Below, one piece after another: positions 26,021 through 39,229 of a stretch of 64,000 nucleotides of DNA (positions within the stretch are counted from its first letter, which is position 1; every line of letters starts with the position of its first letter). This DNA is from Eledone cirrhosa. Its lineage: Eukaryota. The stretch covers positions 2,604,001 through 2,668,000 of the forward strand of contig OZ024753.1 of NCBI GenBank assembly GCA_964016885.1. Reading direction: 5' to 3'. The position numbers and the translations under genes are program-made. Under the pieces are notes generated by a model, which had not been told where the DNA came from, made no database searches, and was given only the letters and a program-made list of their open reading frames with translations.

Positions 26021-28159
26021 CATATAATGTTGTATACATCAGCTAATGTCTGTTTTTATAAGGATGCTCACTCATGCAATGATAATTCTCAATAATATTA
26101 TTAATAATAATAATAATGTTTCTACTTTTGGCACAAGGCCAGCAATTACCCCATTGCATTACAGGTGCTTTATTTTATCAACCTTGTAAGGATGAAAGAC
26201 ACTACATTCCATCAACACCACAACCACAAAAACCACCACCACAACAACCAACACTGCCACTACTTCTACTACTACTACAATTGGTTATGACATTTAAATC
26301 TGTCAAATAGCCAAATACTATCATGTCATAGCATTATATAACATCATATAATTAACATGCTAGATACAATAACATAAAGTTACTTCAGTAGCATGTGAAG
26401 AGAATGGTACCAAGCATGTATAATGGTAAATTGGTGTAGAGAATGCTCACTGCCATTAGAATAATAGAAGAGAAATCAGTAGCTCACAGAGTGTGGGAGA
26501 TAGCAGAAAGAGCCTCTTGTTGATTATATAGCAGAAGAAAGGAGAGAAGTAGGAAACTAGGAGGTGAAGAAGGGCAGGGATTTGGTTTCTTTTGCTGACC
26601 CACCAACATGAGGCTATTACAAGTAAGGGTTGAAAAAGTCCACGAACGTTGGACACCAATCTGATAAAATTAAATCCTCCTGGTCTAGATTATATTCACC
26701 AAACCTGAATGAATGTGAGGCACCTTCTTTAAGACGTAATTATCTTTCCTCAAATAATCAAGAATGCCAAAAAGTGAACAGAGAATGTTTTCAATTATTT
26801 TTCAGTAGTGTCTTAGAAGACAAAAAAAAAAATCACCAAAGCTATAACAGAGCTAGGCTAATATGTTTTATTTGTCTTAAAGTTATAGTTCATATCATCT
26901 GATGGATCAGCAATGACTTGGGGATTATATTACTGTTATCAACATTTTATGAAAAAGTAGAAGTTTCAGGTTATAAAATTGCTAAATCTCTATAGACACT
27001 TTTGAATTTAATCTGTACCCTACATTTTAAAGGCTGCAAAGAATAATAAATATACAAAAATATACAGCAATATGTTATGCAACATTTCTAAATTAGATAG
27101 TATGTCTGATTAGGGAATAGCTATAAGAAATTGAAAGGAAAAGTTGTTGAAAATGAAAGATATATGTATTCTTTAAAATGAAATGAATTTTCCAAGATTA
27201 AATCTTCACATATTGAATTGGTTTGCAACAAAGGAAACTGAAAGATTAAGCAAAGATATATTTCCATATGTTTAATAGTATAAATTCTACTCTAAGTTCT
27301 TCTTAATAAGATGGGGATAACTAAGGTACATGGCAGTATAAAAATAGGTGAGGGATGGCTATCCAGCACTAAAAGATATTAAAATTCATTCTGTTTTGAT
27401 TATTTACCCCCTTCTTTCTAAAATGGTTGATACCAATATGTTTTATGTTATGTGGCTGAGTGCATTTGTTATATCATGGATACATAATATTGTTAGACGC
27501 TTCCTTTTCAATATTGTTATGTGCCTTGTCTGAGCAATTAGTGGAGTGTAGGAATGTAAGCAAGCGAGATGCAGGCCCATGACTCATCTGAGAAGTTTGT
27601 AGCTCTGCTTGAGTAGTGAGTTGTTTGTGATGCTACCAGGGAAAAATGAACATTACAAGGTGATGACGATGATGCATATAAGAGAAGAGTAAAACTTCCA
27701 GATAATCAAAACAGAAAACAAAAATACATAAAAATAGAACTCTAATCTGAGCAAAAAGTTGATAATGTGCAGCAATAATTGAATTTGAAAAAATCTTCGA
27801 AATAATAGAAGAAATGAAATCTTTCTAATGATAAGCAACACACAAAAGATATCAAGATCTGCTTTGACTATATTCAAGAATATAGAATCTGCTGAACATG
27901 GTGAAATGTAAAATTCTTATGAACCAGTACAGTTAACATTACAAAAACTGCAAACAAAAAAATAAAATCCACCTGGTACACTCTGTAAAATGGTTGGCAA
28001 TTGAATGAAGATGATATAGAGCAGAGAAGGGCTCTTCAGTTTGGCTGACCATATGACAAGCTATCTATTTGTGATGATCCGATAGAATGCACCTATTACA
28101 ATCTGTAAAATAGTAATGTTTCTTCTATGAATAAATATACCCAGTTCACTATGTAAAGG

Positions 28160-28400
28160 GGTTGGCATTAAGGAACAGCCTCTTTCATGGGTCTCAGTCA
28201 CTGAGGTTTCTCTACATTTATTTATACAGCTCTTACCTTCCATACACATTACATGTTCATACCAATTCAGTATTTTCTCTTGCACACTTCATCCAGTTCT
28301 TCTTATGCCAAGTTTTTCTCTCACCTCGTTTATGGTCACTAACATTACACATCTATCAGAACATATTCACTGAATTTCTTTCTATCTTTCACAGGTCTTC
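28160..28400 (-). pseudogene. Old RTE ORF2 C-terminal fragment
   Basis: QEKILNWYEHVMCMEGKSCINKC parallels RRLRWYGYMVRMKDNSCIKKC in the ORF at 12529-12765. Confidence 0.7.
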
Positions 28401-28639
28401 TGCAGTAAAAGCCCATATATACAAATGCATACAACTCCTCCTCCAACACACATACACGAATATATATATATATATATTTATATATGGTCCTGTAACTCCT
28501 GATAGAGTCATAGGGGTGCCTTATGGACATACACCATTTCTTGGACATTTTAAGCCTGGCAGAGCCCATACATTCCCTGGCTTGAGTTCAGCAGATTTCT
28601 TCCAGAGAAATGAAAAATCGACCCCAATACTAGACAGTA

Positions 28640-28752
28640 TCGACCTCAAAAGGATGAAAGGCAAAGTAGACCTTGGTGGGATTTGAACTCAGAGCAGAGA
28701 GCCAGAACGAATTCCATAAAGCATTCTATCTGATGTTCTAATGACTGCCAAT
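28640..28752 (-). mobile_element. SINE group B 5' half
   Basis: Reverse of GGCAGT..GAGTTCAAATCCC..TTTGCCTTTCATCCTTT..GGTCGATA. Confidence 0.75.
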
Positions 28753-28759
28753 TTGTGTG

Positions 28760-28792
<33 letters not shown>

Positions 28793-28793
28793 G

Positions 28794-28826
<33 letters not shown>

Positions 28827-29732
28827 GTATATATATATATATGTGTGTGGGTGTATATATATGTGTGTGTGTGTGTGTGTATATATATCATCATCCTCAT
28901 CACCGTTTAACGTCCATTTTTCCATGCTAGCATATATGATATATATATACACATACAAAAGAACAAAACAAAGGTCAAATATGCATTAAATATATAGTGG
29001 TTTATCTCATGAAACAAAAATAGAAATGTCCCTCTATTTTTTAATACTCTAATCCTCAGCTCATGTTTTCCAACCACTTAATATAATAGCTCTTTACATC
29101 CACAAATCCAGCCTAAATTCAAATCCCGTGCATAATATTGAAAATTCACTTTCAATTGTTCACCACCATCTCTCGCTTTAGAAAACTACTTGAAAATCAT
29201 GTATTTTAAAATTGTTTTCTTTGGTAACTACAAAACAATTATAACAAAATTATACATTTCATCAATGATAATCCTCATTTTCAGTAATCAATTTAAAAGC
29301 TTCTCCACATTAAGTACTCAGCTCATCTGTGTAGTTCCATATATAGTTTTACGGAAGTAGGTAGGATAAAATCTCATGTGAATAGATATTTGATTTACAG
29401 GGTAAGTTAAAATAATGAAAATATATATTTATGAATAGTAAGAAGGGCTTAATGGAAAATTGCTGATTTCATGAGCAACTGTTTCTAAATTATTTTATTT
29501 AATTTTGTCATATCTGAAAATCTTTGATGTGATATTAAATCTTCACCACCCTCCCCATGTAACAATATTTATATTCCTTATTAACACCAAGCTCTTCAGT
29601 CTAGATTTTCTCCAGTGGGTACACAGTAAAAATTCCAGAATAACAAGACTCAAAGTTGGCTTTAATAAAGAACATATTAATCTCTTTTATTGTACTTAGT
29701 ACTAATTCTCATGAGCATCATCACTAGGTGAG

Positions 29733-29815
<83 letters not shown>

Positions 29816-30243
29816 AGAATTTTCTGGCATCATTTACATGCCTACACATTAGATATGCATATATATTTATACACATCTTCATTACACACTCTGTATTTAT
29901 ACAGATATAACTTTGATAAATATAAATATATATATATATAAGAAGGTAATGTTTTTTTAAATGTCCCACATGGGTAAAAATATAAGAAAACGAAACTGAA
30001 AAAATGTAACTGGAGCTATTGGTTTCACAGTTCTTGTAATTTTCAAATGTAAAATTGAGATGGTGAGTTTGTGTTGCTGTTGTCTGTTGTCTCATATCTA
30101 ATTGGAATTTGACAAACCACAACAGAAACAGAAACGCTCCATCTCAATTTTACTTTTGAAAATTATAAGAAACTGGTAAATAAATAAATAAATATTCTTA
30201 AAAGTTACCAGTTGCATTTTCAATTTCTTTTCCTTATATACAA

Positions 30244-30280
<37 letters not shown>

Positions 30281-30281
<1 letters not shown>

Positions 30282-30305
30282 GAGCCAACTATGTATATGT
30301 GTGTG

Positions 30306-30337
<32 letters not shown>

Positions 30338-30354
30338 TATACATAGTTGGCTCT
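30281..30354. repeat. Palindrome centred on (TA)n
   Basis: AGAGCCAACTATGTATATGTGTG-(TA)n-CACACATATACATAGTTGGCTCT. Confidence 0.88.
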
Positions 30355-31531
30355 TGCATTCTTATTCATATAAATATCAGAACCACCTTACCATCTAATA
30401 AGACTGTAGTTGTTGCTATTTACAAGTGCCAATGGTCAAAGTTCAGAATATTCTTCCACACAGCACATTACTTATTACGATAGTGTCTTCATTTAGATTC
30501 TCCCTCTTTGGCAGCTTCTTTCAAATAGTCTCAGTGGATGTAAACAGCAGAAGGGGGGGTATAGTGTTTATTGACCACTATAGAAAATGAATGGTTTGGT
30601 CATTTTACTATTTTATTTACTCCAATTTAGAAATAGTATCAGAAGGCGATAGGCTGCGTTTAATGTCAATTGGATTGGAACAACAAGATCTAGTCAAAGT
30701 ATTTTTGAACATAATATTTATTGTGTGAATGTATTCTTCAAGTGTGTTTGCAGATGTCATCAAAGAAATACATATTTGTGTGGCAAAGATTACGAGAGTT
30801 TATAGACGCCATATTTTCCGTACCAAGATTAACATAGGCATTTGTTGGGTTATAGTCGGACCCAAGTCGAATTGGTGAGGACAACAGAATTTAACATGTT
30901 CTCATTTGAGAACTATCTGTTGAACTCTAGAGATAAGAGTTATGACGTAATACATTAGTCATGGACTGATATGTTGAACTGGCTCATGATTGGCCAGTTT
31001 CTCAGTAGTACAATAGCAGTTAGTCTCCAAGAATTCAAGGGGAAATTTACTGTTTACTACAGGGGAAGACCTAAACTACATGTATAGACGTGGTGAGTGT
31101 TAATGTTGGGATCTTTAACCTTACAGAGAAGTTGACAAAGTAATGCAGCAAGTCAAGTGAAGCTGTGTTGAAGAGAATCCATCCAATTCATGCAAGCATG
31201 GATACGAGGTATAAAAGCAACAATAATGAGGATCTAGTACATCAGCCCATTTGATATATTTTCTTGTATCATTTAGAGTTGTTGCCCTTGCCTTTCTTTG
31301 GTTCCCTTAAGAATTATTCAACAATAAATATTTTTTTCTTGATATCACATAATATTGAATAATTAAAGTAAATTGAATGATTTAGCACTAAATTTATTTT
31401 GAACCTTCTAATGCTATGTACCAATGTATCACTAAATGAATTTGACCATTGTGAAGTTGGTGTCTTAGCATAATACTGAAAATAGAAATGATAAAAACGA
31501 CCAGTGATAGCTAGAATCCATTATATTATTT

Positions 31532-31719
31532 GGCAGTGGATTGGCATTATCGATAGAGAGTCGGACACAATGCTTTGAAGCATAGAGTTACGTCCCTTTA
31601 TGATCTGAGTTCAAATCCCGCCGAGGTTAACTTTGCCTTTCATCCTTACGGGGTCGATAAAATAAAGTACCTGTAATGTACTGGGTAATTGCTGGCCTTG
31701 TGCCAAAAGTAGAAACAAT
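31532..31719 (+). mobile_element. Full-length group B tRNA-derived SINE
   Basis: A/B-box head and GCCTTTCATCCTTACGGGGTCGATAAAAT body (resembles the MetaSINE central domain, from memory); ATTATATTA repeated on both flanks. Confidence 0.85.
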
Positions 31720-32044
31720 TATATTAAAGTGGTAATATTAGAATATGTGCCATGTAAATTGTCAATAAATTTGGGCAAAGAGGTCTGTAAGAGATATGTG
31801 CAACACAATAAGAGACCGAGAAATGGAGTGGGGGGCGTAATATTCACTGAAAATTACCCAACCGTCTTTATAGAAAGAGAGTGGTAAGTGTGTGTGTGTC
31901 ACAGAGAAAAACAGAGAGAATGAGAATACCACAACAGAAATGACCAAACATGGAGTAGATAAGTTCTAGAAACACATTAGAAATAACACAACTATTACAC
32001 TAAAACCTCATATATTACTATATACACATATACATTTACACACA

Positions 32045-32086
<42 letters not shown>

Positions 32087-32104
32087 TATATATATGTATA
32101 TATA

Positions 32105-32212
32105 TATATCTATGTCTCTTGTTCTTTTATTGTCTTTCTCATATGTCAGTATATATATATATATATACTGACATATGAGAAAGACAATAAAAGAACAAGA
32201 GACATAGATATA
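32105..32212. repeat. Perfect palindrome centred on (TA)n
   Basis: ~45-bp arms with no mismatch around a short (TA)n. Confidence 0.93.
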
Positions 32213-33079
32213 CAACAACAAAACAATTGTTTTAAAGGCTAATTTCCTTGCTAAACCAGGGGTTAGCATTGCAGGGCTCCATAACATGCTAATATTCATC
32301 ACTGAAGTTCTATTTTACATCTGCATGTCCTTTCCAACACTAACCTTTTAGTTCCCTCATACAACATGTAGGGATATGAGATACCTTTATTAATCAGATA
32401 CTCTCAGTAAAAAACAAATACATATAGGGAGGGAACATAATAACATAATGACAATCGACCCTGTGGAAGCAACTGAATATGTAGCTATGTAATATATACA
32501 CTTTATTATATACATAATAACAAACTGACAAATATTCACCAACAATGAAGAAAATATAACAGAAATAATATGGAATATAAAATAAAAAACTGATCATAAC
32601 AAAAAATCAATCAAGATAAATCAACAAAAGCTCCCCTGCCCCACCCAAGCTATGAATAAACAAACATCTCTGAAGAACAATAGCCAAATAGAACGTGGCT
32701 CTTCAATAAGATTCTTTCTGCAGAAGCAATGCTAAACATCAGTATGCTAATTTACTCAACAGTCATAGCAGTGTTAAGGGAAATATGGTTTTAACCTAAT
32801 AGTGTAAGTCACTTTTCACCCATGCTCATCAGATAATAGTTGAAAGAAAATATATATTATAGAATCATCATCATCATTAAACAAGAAAAGATCTATTGTT
32901 ACCCAGAACGGAAATATAGAAAGAGAAAAAAAAGCTCATATGAATAAAAGCAAGAAAATGAAAGAAATATCAAAACTATATACTATACTAAGATGTGAGA
33001 ATGAATTCTGTAAGAAAAATAGAAATTGAATCAACAAACTGATCATAGCAAACACATGCTATATAAAACACTTTGAAGG

Positions 33080-33435
33080 ATGTATTTGAAACAAATAGGA
33101 AACACTTCCACTGGGATATTTGCAAAAGAACATCACAGTGAAAGATACATTAATAAATGGTTTCCTAACATGAAATGTGATGATCTCCTAACATATCTAC
33201 TGAGGAATTTACAAACATCTAGCAACTGGAATGCTCACAGAATTGATAAAGTTGCCAATTTATGGTTATAAATGAAGATGTAGTAACAGCATTCAAGCAA
33301 TCACTAGAGAGTAAAATTAATGACAGTGAATACTAAAGGTAAAAGCAACACTAACCACCAAAATCTAAAACACTCAGAACCATAAAAACCTCAAAGTGTG
33401 TGAGTTCCCACAGGTTTTATAATGATATAAAAGAA
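33080..33435 (+). pseudogene. Very decayed non-LTR RT N-terminal fragment (R4/Dong-like)
   Basis: SNWNAHRIDKVANLWL resembles NWKAPGxDxIxNFWL. Confidence 0.35.
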
Positions 33436-35831
33436 TACTATTCTGCAACACAACGGCCACACATCATCATCATCATCATCATATAATGTCCATTTTTCTA
33501 ACTAACAAGGACTGAATGGGTCGTCAGTACTATAATAGTAACTGAGGAAAACAACTGATCTCTAAGATGCGCTTACATGTATTCCCACACTCTAACAAGT
33601 GGTCAAATGTGCTGGAGGCCCACATTTTACTAACATGCATCACCGTACTCTACCAGCACTAGGGAAGTTACGCTGTCATGTCTTTAACACAGCTAATGTG
33701 TTGTTTTGACTTTTTCTTTGATAGGTTTTTCTCTGGCTAGATGTCCTTCTGAAAGATATCTTATAATAAGAGCTGAAGAGATATCAGTAAAAGGAGTATG
33801 AATGTAATGAACAGATATCAGAAAAGACATTTGAAGACAGCAGAAAAAGAAATACAAATTTAAGCATGACTAAGATTGATATCTCCAAATCCTTTGAGAG
33901 AAAACTACTCTTAAATGTTGGAGATATTGTACATAAAGAATGAAAATACAATACTAAGATAATATATAAACTACACCAAGCCAAAGCAGAAAACAATAAG
34001 AATTAAGGAAATAAGCAACAAAAAATATCTATATAAAGAAGAAATAGTAAATACAACCTCCTCTACCAGTGTAAAAATGAAAGAATTAAAAGTCAGAATT
34101 GAGTATTGATTCTCATATTTTGGTTTTTACACACACCCCAATTACACCCTATACCTATAATAAGAATGCTTGAAGAACATTCCTTATCTATACTTCCCTT
34201 CTGTACAGCTCTGTTCTCACTAGAAAATCTGTTGAAACTTAATCTAAGTCTGTCCTCCACCCCCAAGAAATCTGTTGAATGAAACAACCAGTTGTTAGAT
34301 AAACTTTAGACAAACTATAAGCAACCATTTCAAAATAAAGGGTTCAAGATTATATACAAAATGTAACAATCAATAAGAGAACCTACTAAAAGGGGTACAT
34401 AGATTCAGCAGTAGTGTTAAATCTTGACATCTTGTACTGCATGAAATCACATTAGCAAGGTATTTTTGGAAAGAAGAAACCAGCACTATCATTGCATCAC
34501 ATTAAAAATTAAAGTCTTTGGTTTACTGCAAACTGTCACAATGATCTAGTAAAGAATTATAAATATACTATAGTAAAAATACTATGAACATATTATAGTA
34601 AAGATATTATAAATATTAACACACTCTTTCCTAGATTTTTGCTAAATCATTACAGAGTGTTAAGTGTTAAACAGAAGTATAAAACCAAATGTGAGGAAGC
34701 TACTATAGGAAGAAACAAATTAATTTAAAATAGAAAATTTTATGTTGGATTCAAACATGGAAATCATAAAATCTCATCTGAACCATACATATAAATACAT
34801 AAGATGAAACAAATATGATAATATATAAAATAATGACAAATTAGAATAGAATATTAAAGAGTTGGGCTATTATAAATAACTTTAAAAAAAAAACAATATT
34901 ATGAAAATGTTATACATATAAATGTATCATCACAAATATAAACTGTAACTTCAAGATGACTAACTGGAAGTTAACTGAAGAGTCGGGAGATGAAAGCCAG
35001 AAAACACACAATACATACAGAACACACTAGAGTAAAACAGATGTAGATAAGATATATCTATAATGAGGACACAAATGTAGAGGCCTAATACAAATAGAGA
35101 ACTATTACAAAGTAACCAGAATAAATCTAGAAAACATACTTTGAAGTTATGGCTGAGTAATTAGTAAGATCAAGTAAAATATGAAAAATACCTGTGTTTT
35201 CCACTATATATATGAAGAGAATAACATAAAACTAAGCTAATTGCACAAAGAAAAATAAAAAGTCACATAGACATATAGAGTAAGAGTCTTCTTATGAGAA
35301 TTAAAATAAGGAAATCTCTGCTTAAGAAGCATTGCAACAAAAAATACTTATTCAAGAGCTCATTGCATCTTGTACACTTTTGAAAGCAAACAATATATAT
35401 ATATGCTAGCAGGGATAGCAGATGTTAAACAACAATGATGATGATGATGATGATATATATATATATTCCATGTATAAATAAATAAATAATATAGCATACA
35501 TACATATATACATACATCACATTTGATATGTGAGTTTATCAGTGCAAAGACACATCTAAACATATAAAATTGCATATCTGATGAGATGTCGAAAAAAGAG
35601 TCTGGCCACATCATTTTGATTGCACCCAGAGCTGATCGATATTGAAACAATTGTAATATACCAATAACAGTTGTACTTATGCTGCAACACTGACTTTGAT
35701 TCATTTAAATCTATTGAAACTGTGCACTATAGCCTCCTTAACCCTGGAATACAACCCAACTGAGCTGGACCTTGTAAAAGCATTGAGTGTTTCGACTGGC
35801 ACACCACATGTAACTGTAGTTATGCACCTTA

Positions 35832-35884
<53 letters not shown>

Positions 35885-36280
35885 ATTTTGGCATATAGTT
35901 GAATAGTTTAAGAGAAATTTGACGACAATAGTAAGATATGCACTCAATATTTTGAATTTGTCTACAGAATTCTCTAAACCTTGTCACTTAGTAAAGAATT
36001 TAGCTTTTAAGAATCTCCCTTTCCTTTAAATCTATCTACCATGACTGACCCCCACTGATTTTATAGACACCTGTTAGCTTAATAAGGATTGGCATGCCAT
36101 CCTGAACCTGTTTATAGAATTCTTCCTGCCTTTGTTACTCTAAAAATAAAAATAAACTATAGCTATGTTGAATTAGCTTCTAATGAATTCTGTCAGCCAA
36201 TGACCTACACCTATCCCACTCCCCACCCTCTCCTACCACTTGTAGAGACCTATATATACCATAATTATTTTTTGATACCC

Positions 36281-36331
36281 AGATTCCTGATGATTTCTGA
36301 AGAATGAAACAGTTCTAGTCCTGTAGAATCT
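36281..36331 (+). ncRNA. Type I hammerhead motif, core intact
   Basis: AGATTC-CTGATGA-tTTCtgaaGAAt-GAAA-CAG-ttctagtc-CTG-TA-GAATCT; GUA site. Confidence 0.8.
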
Positions 36332-36347
36332 CATCTATATTAAAACC

Positions 36348-36385
<38 letters not shown>

Positions 36386-36533
36386 GATTTTGAGTATATG
36401 TTGGTTGTACACCAACACCTCAGTATGCAGGCTGGAGCACTCAATGAAGTGCGCAGGTTGGTTTGGTTACTCCGGAGTAATGTAAAATAAAGTAAAATAA
36501 AAGTCAAATGTTTAAAATTTAGCTTCGTTTATT

Positions 36534-36588
36534 ACTGCTATATATATTTCGGTGACAGCTATCTTTGGCTGTGACCTCTTCAGGCAGT
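36534..36588 (-). ncRNA. Minimal type I hammerhead motif, core intact
   Basis: ACTGC-CTGAAGA-GGTcACAGC-caaagata-GCTGTcACC-GAAA-tatata-TA-GCAGT. Confidence 0.85.
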
Positions 36589-36644
36589 CCGAATTAGTGT
36601 GGTAGAGACAAGTACATATGTTGTTGAGGTGTATAACTTTGTCA

Positions 36645-36762
36645 ATACTCTGATATGCCCAGTTCCTGGTTGGGTTGTTATTTCACTGAGGAACTGGAAT
36701 CATCTGATTCCAGTTCCTCAGGGAAATAACAACCCAACCAGGAACTGGGCATATCAGAGTAT
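36645..36762. repeat. 118-bp palindrome abutting (TA)n
   Basis: 58-bp arms, 2-nt spacer (36703-36704), one mismatch. Confidence 0.93.
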
Positions 36763-36769
36763 GTATATG

Positions 36770-36866
<97 letters not shown>

Positions 36867-36890
36867 ATATGTGTATATATATATATATAT

Positions 36891-37000
36891 CTATCTATCT
36901 AAGGCGGGTAAAATTCCCGAGATCCATGGACGAGTTCTCTCCAGCGGTATCTGTCCCTCATTATCGCTGCCATGTCCTGCATCTCCAACAGACCATATAT
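36891..37000 (-). mobile_element. RTE-type LINE extreme 3' end with (TAGA)n tail
   Basis: Translates [23 protein letters not shown] followed by TAGA repeats. Confidence 0.6.
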
Positions 37001-37196
37001 TTGTATGTATATATATTGTTATACTTGGGAGGGTCATATTGTTGTAATAATATTGCCAGAAATAATAACAGAACACACTCACTGTTTGGTTGGTTTTTGC
37101 TTCTGTATCTTTTATATCTCCATAGTTAATTTATTTGGCCATCAATGTTTATCATTGACTGACCAACAGTCAAAAATACAGATATAAATACATATA

Positions 37197-37250
37197 TATA
37201 GTCCAACAAAGTTTTTCGTTGCACATCTGCAACATCATCAGTGGTACTAT
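37197..37250 (-). ncRNA. Hammerhead motif in the PLE 3' region
   Basis: TAGTaCCA-CTGATGA-tGTTGCA-gatg-TGCAAC-GAAA-aactttgt-TGGACTA; cleavage triplet degenerate. Confidence 0.72.
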
Positions 37251-37539
37251 TATCATGTTTCCCCTGCTGTATTGTAGGTATTGTAGTGTCTATGCCATTT
37301 TTATTTTATCTATTTATTTTTTTTTTTATTCTCTGTCCTCGTCTCTGCACATGCGTTTGCGTGTGTGTATAGTGTTTGGTGTGTGTGTTCGCGTTTGGGT
37401 GACTGTGTTTTGGTTATAGTATTCTATCTTAGTTTATTAGTGTGTGTTTATATGTGTTTGTTGTTATTGTGCTTGTGTATGTATTTATTTATTTATTTAT
37501 ATTTCTCTTAAGTCAGTAGTGTTTGTTTGGCTGTTGTTA

Positions 37540-39160
37540 TTCCATACATTTTTTTCTGTTTAGCTTTGGCTTCCTAAGATCTATTTCGCTTGCTTCTCTG
37601 ATTTGCCTACCTGTTGGGTCATTTCTGTTTAGATATTATTTTAATTTTTATGTTGTCTATGTTACCGTCATGTTGTTGTCTGGCATGTTCGTATAGTACT
37701 GAACCATTTTTTGTCGTTTTAATTCCCCCCAGTGTTGGTCTATTCTTTCTCCTATGCTTCGAGCTGTCTCACCTATGTATGTCGTTGTCATGTTTCTGCA
37801 AGTACCCTCTGTACATCTTATGCTATAGACTACATTTCTAGTTTTACAGTTTATCTGGGGGTTTACTTTACATATAACACATTTATTATTAGTAAAGTGG
37901 GTTTTCGTAAAAGGGTATGTTTTGCTGATTAAGGATTTTATGTTAGATCCTGGCTTTTCTACCACTTTAATCTTTAAGTGGGTCTTTCTTAGGGCCTTTT
38001 TACATTGGTTAGCTAATTTCCCTCCAGGGTTGGCATCCACGAACATGACACTCTGGTATCTTTGGTTGTCGTACCATGAGGTGGCTTTCCCTATCTTATG
38101 TTTAGTCCTATCTAAGCTATTCCATGGGCAAATTCCTTTCATGTCCAGTTCTATGAGGGTCTTATACTTCTCCATGGCTCCTTTGTATGCTCTGATTCTG
38201 TATCTTTGTTTGTAGCCAGAGAACTGCATGCGGTTGATGAAACGTTGGATGTGTCTTTCCATTTCTGTTGGGTCGCTCATGCGGGACACGTTCTTCATCA
38301 CTCGTACCAAGTCTGCGATCAGAATATTAAACTTAGTACTACTGGACATTGCTGAGTTCTTGAGTATCAGGTATTTGGAGGCCATGGGTTTAGCGTAGTG
38401 TGAGTGGAGAATTTGGGCCCTCTCGTCTATAGTGTTAATCCACAGTTCCGCGTCTAATACAGGTAGTCTAATGTTAGGGTGTTTGGAAGGGTAGTCAATG
38501 GTTACAGTTATAGACTGGTGTATGGAGTTAGCTATCTTCTGGATGCTTTCCATTGTGCTACGTTCTAAATCATATTCGTTAGTACTCTCTTGTGGGGGTG
38601 TCCTTATTACTATATTAATATTATCTACGTAACAAGAGTACATGATGAGGTCTATTGAGCTCTCTTCAAGGAGATCTTTGAGTCTCCTTTCCCACCATAC
38701 CATAAAAAGGTTGGCAACATCACCAGCTATGCTGATGCCAATGGCTGCTCCCTCATTTTGGGTGTAGATCTTTTCATTGAATTTGAATATATGGCCCTTT
38801 AGGGTAGTTTTAATACTAGCCCCTATTGCATGTGCGACCATTTTTCTCACCTAATCGTTGTTTTGGGGGGTCCGTATGGCTTTGATCCACCCAATCTACC
38901 TTCCCATGAAAGTTTTTTTTGCCATTGAGGTCATGGTGGGGTGTCTACCACTTGTGGGTCTACTGGGGCAGAAATGGCTAAGGTCATGGCTGTCTAGGTA
39001 CTAGGTGTCATAAGTAAGTCTAAGTAGGAAGCCCACTTCATCTGTGTCAACGTTGCAGAACTCCACCTCACTCTCACTCATTATCTCCACACATTTTTCC
39101 ACAGCAAAATCAATGTTAATGGATGGGTACAGTGATACCACGTCCATACTGTCTATTTTT
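37540..39160 (-). pseudogene. PLE RT/GIY-YIG polyprotein pseudogene
   Basis: ORF 37657-38850 extends upstream in frame through three TAG stops (38851, 38896, 39001); two frameshifts near the C-terminus; YVDD changed to YVDN. Confidence 0.9.
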
Positions 39161-39229
39161 GCAGTTAGATAGGTTTTTGTTTTGTGTGTATATATATATA
39201 TATATATGCATTTTTATCTATAAGAACGT

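Larger units (their letters stand above)
37012..39165 (-). mobile_element. Penelope-like retroelement, 5'-truncated (RT + GIY-YIG + hammerhead-bearing 3' region)
   Basis: SMDVVSLYPSI, QNEGAAIG, YVDN, LPVLD, Cys-rich linker, NVVYSIRC..YIGETARSIGERIDQH, RQIREA..PKLNRK; hammerhead core at 37214-37241. Confidence 0.92.

Noticed and set aside
38851-39003. Selenocysteine readthrough in the PLE ORF
   Set aside because: The three in-frame stops are TAG, not TGA; frameshifts and YVDN also indicate decay. No SECIS geometry was recognised by eye.
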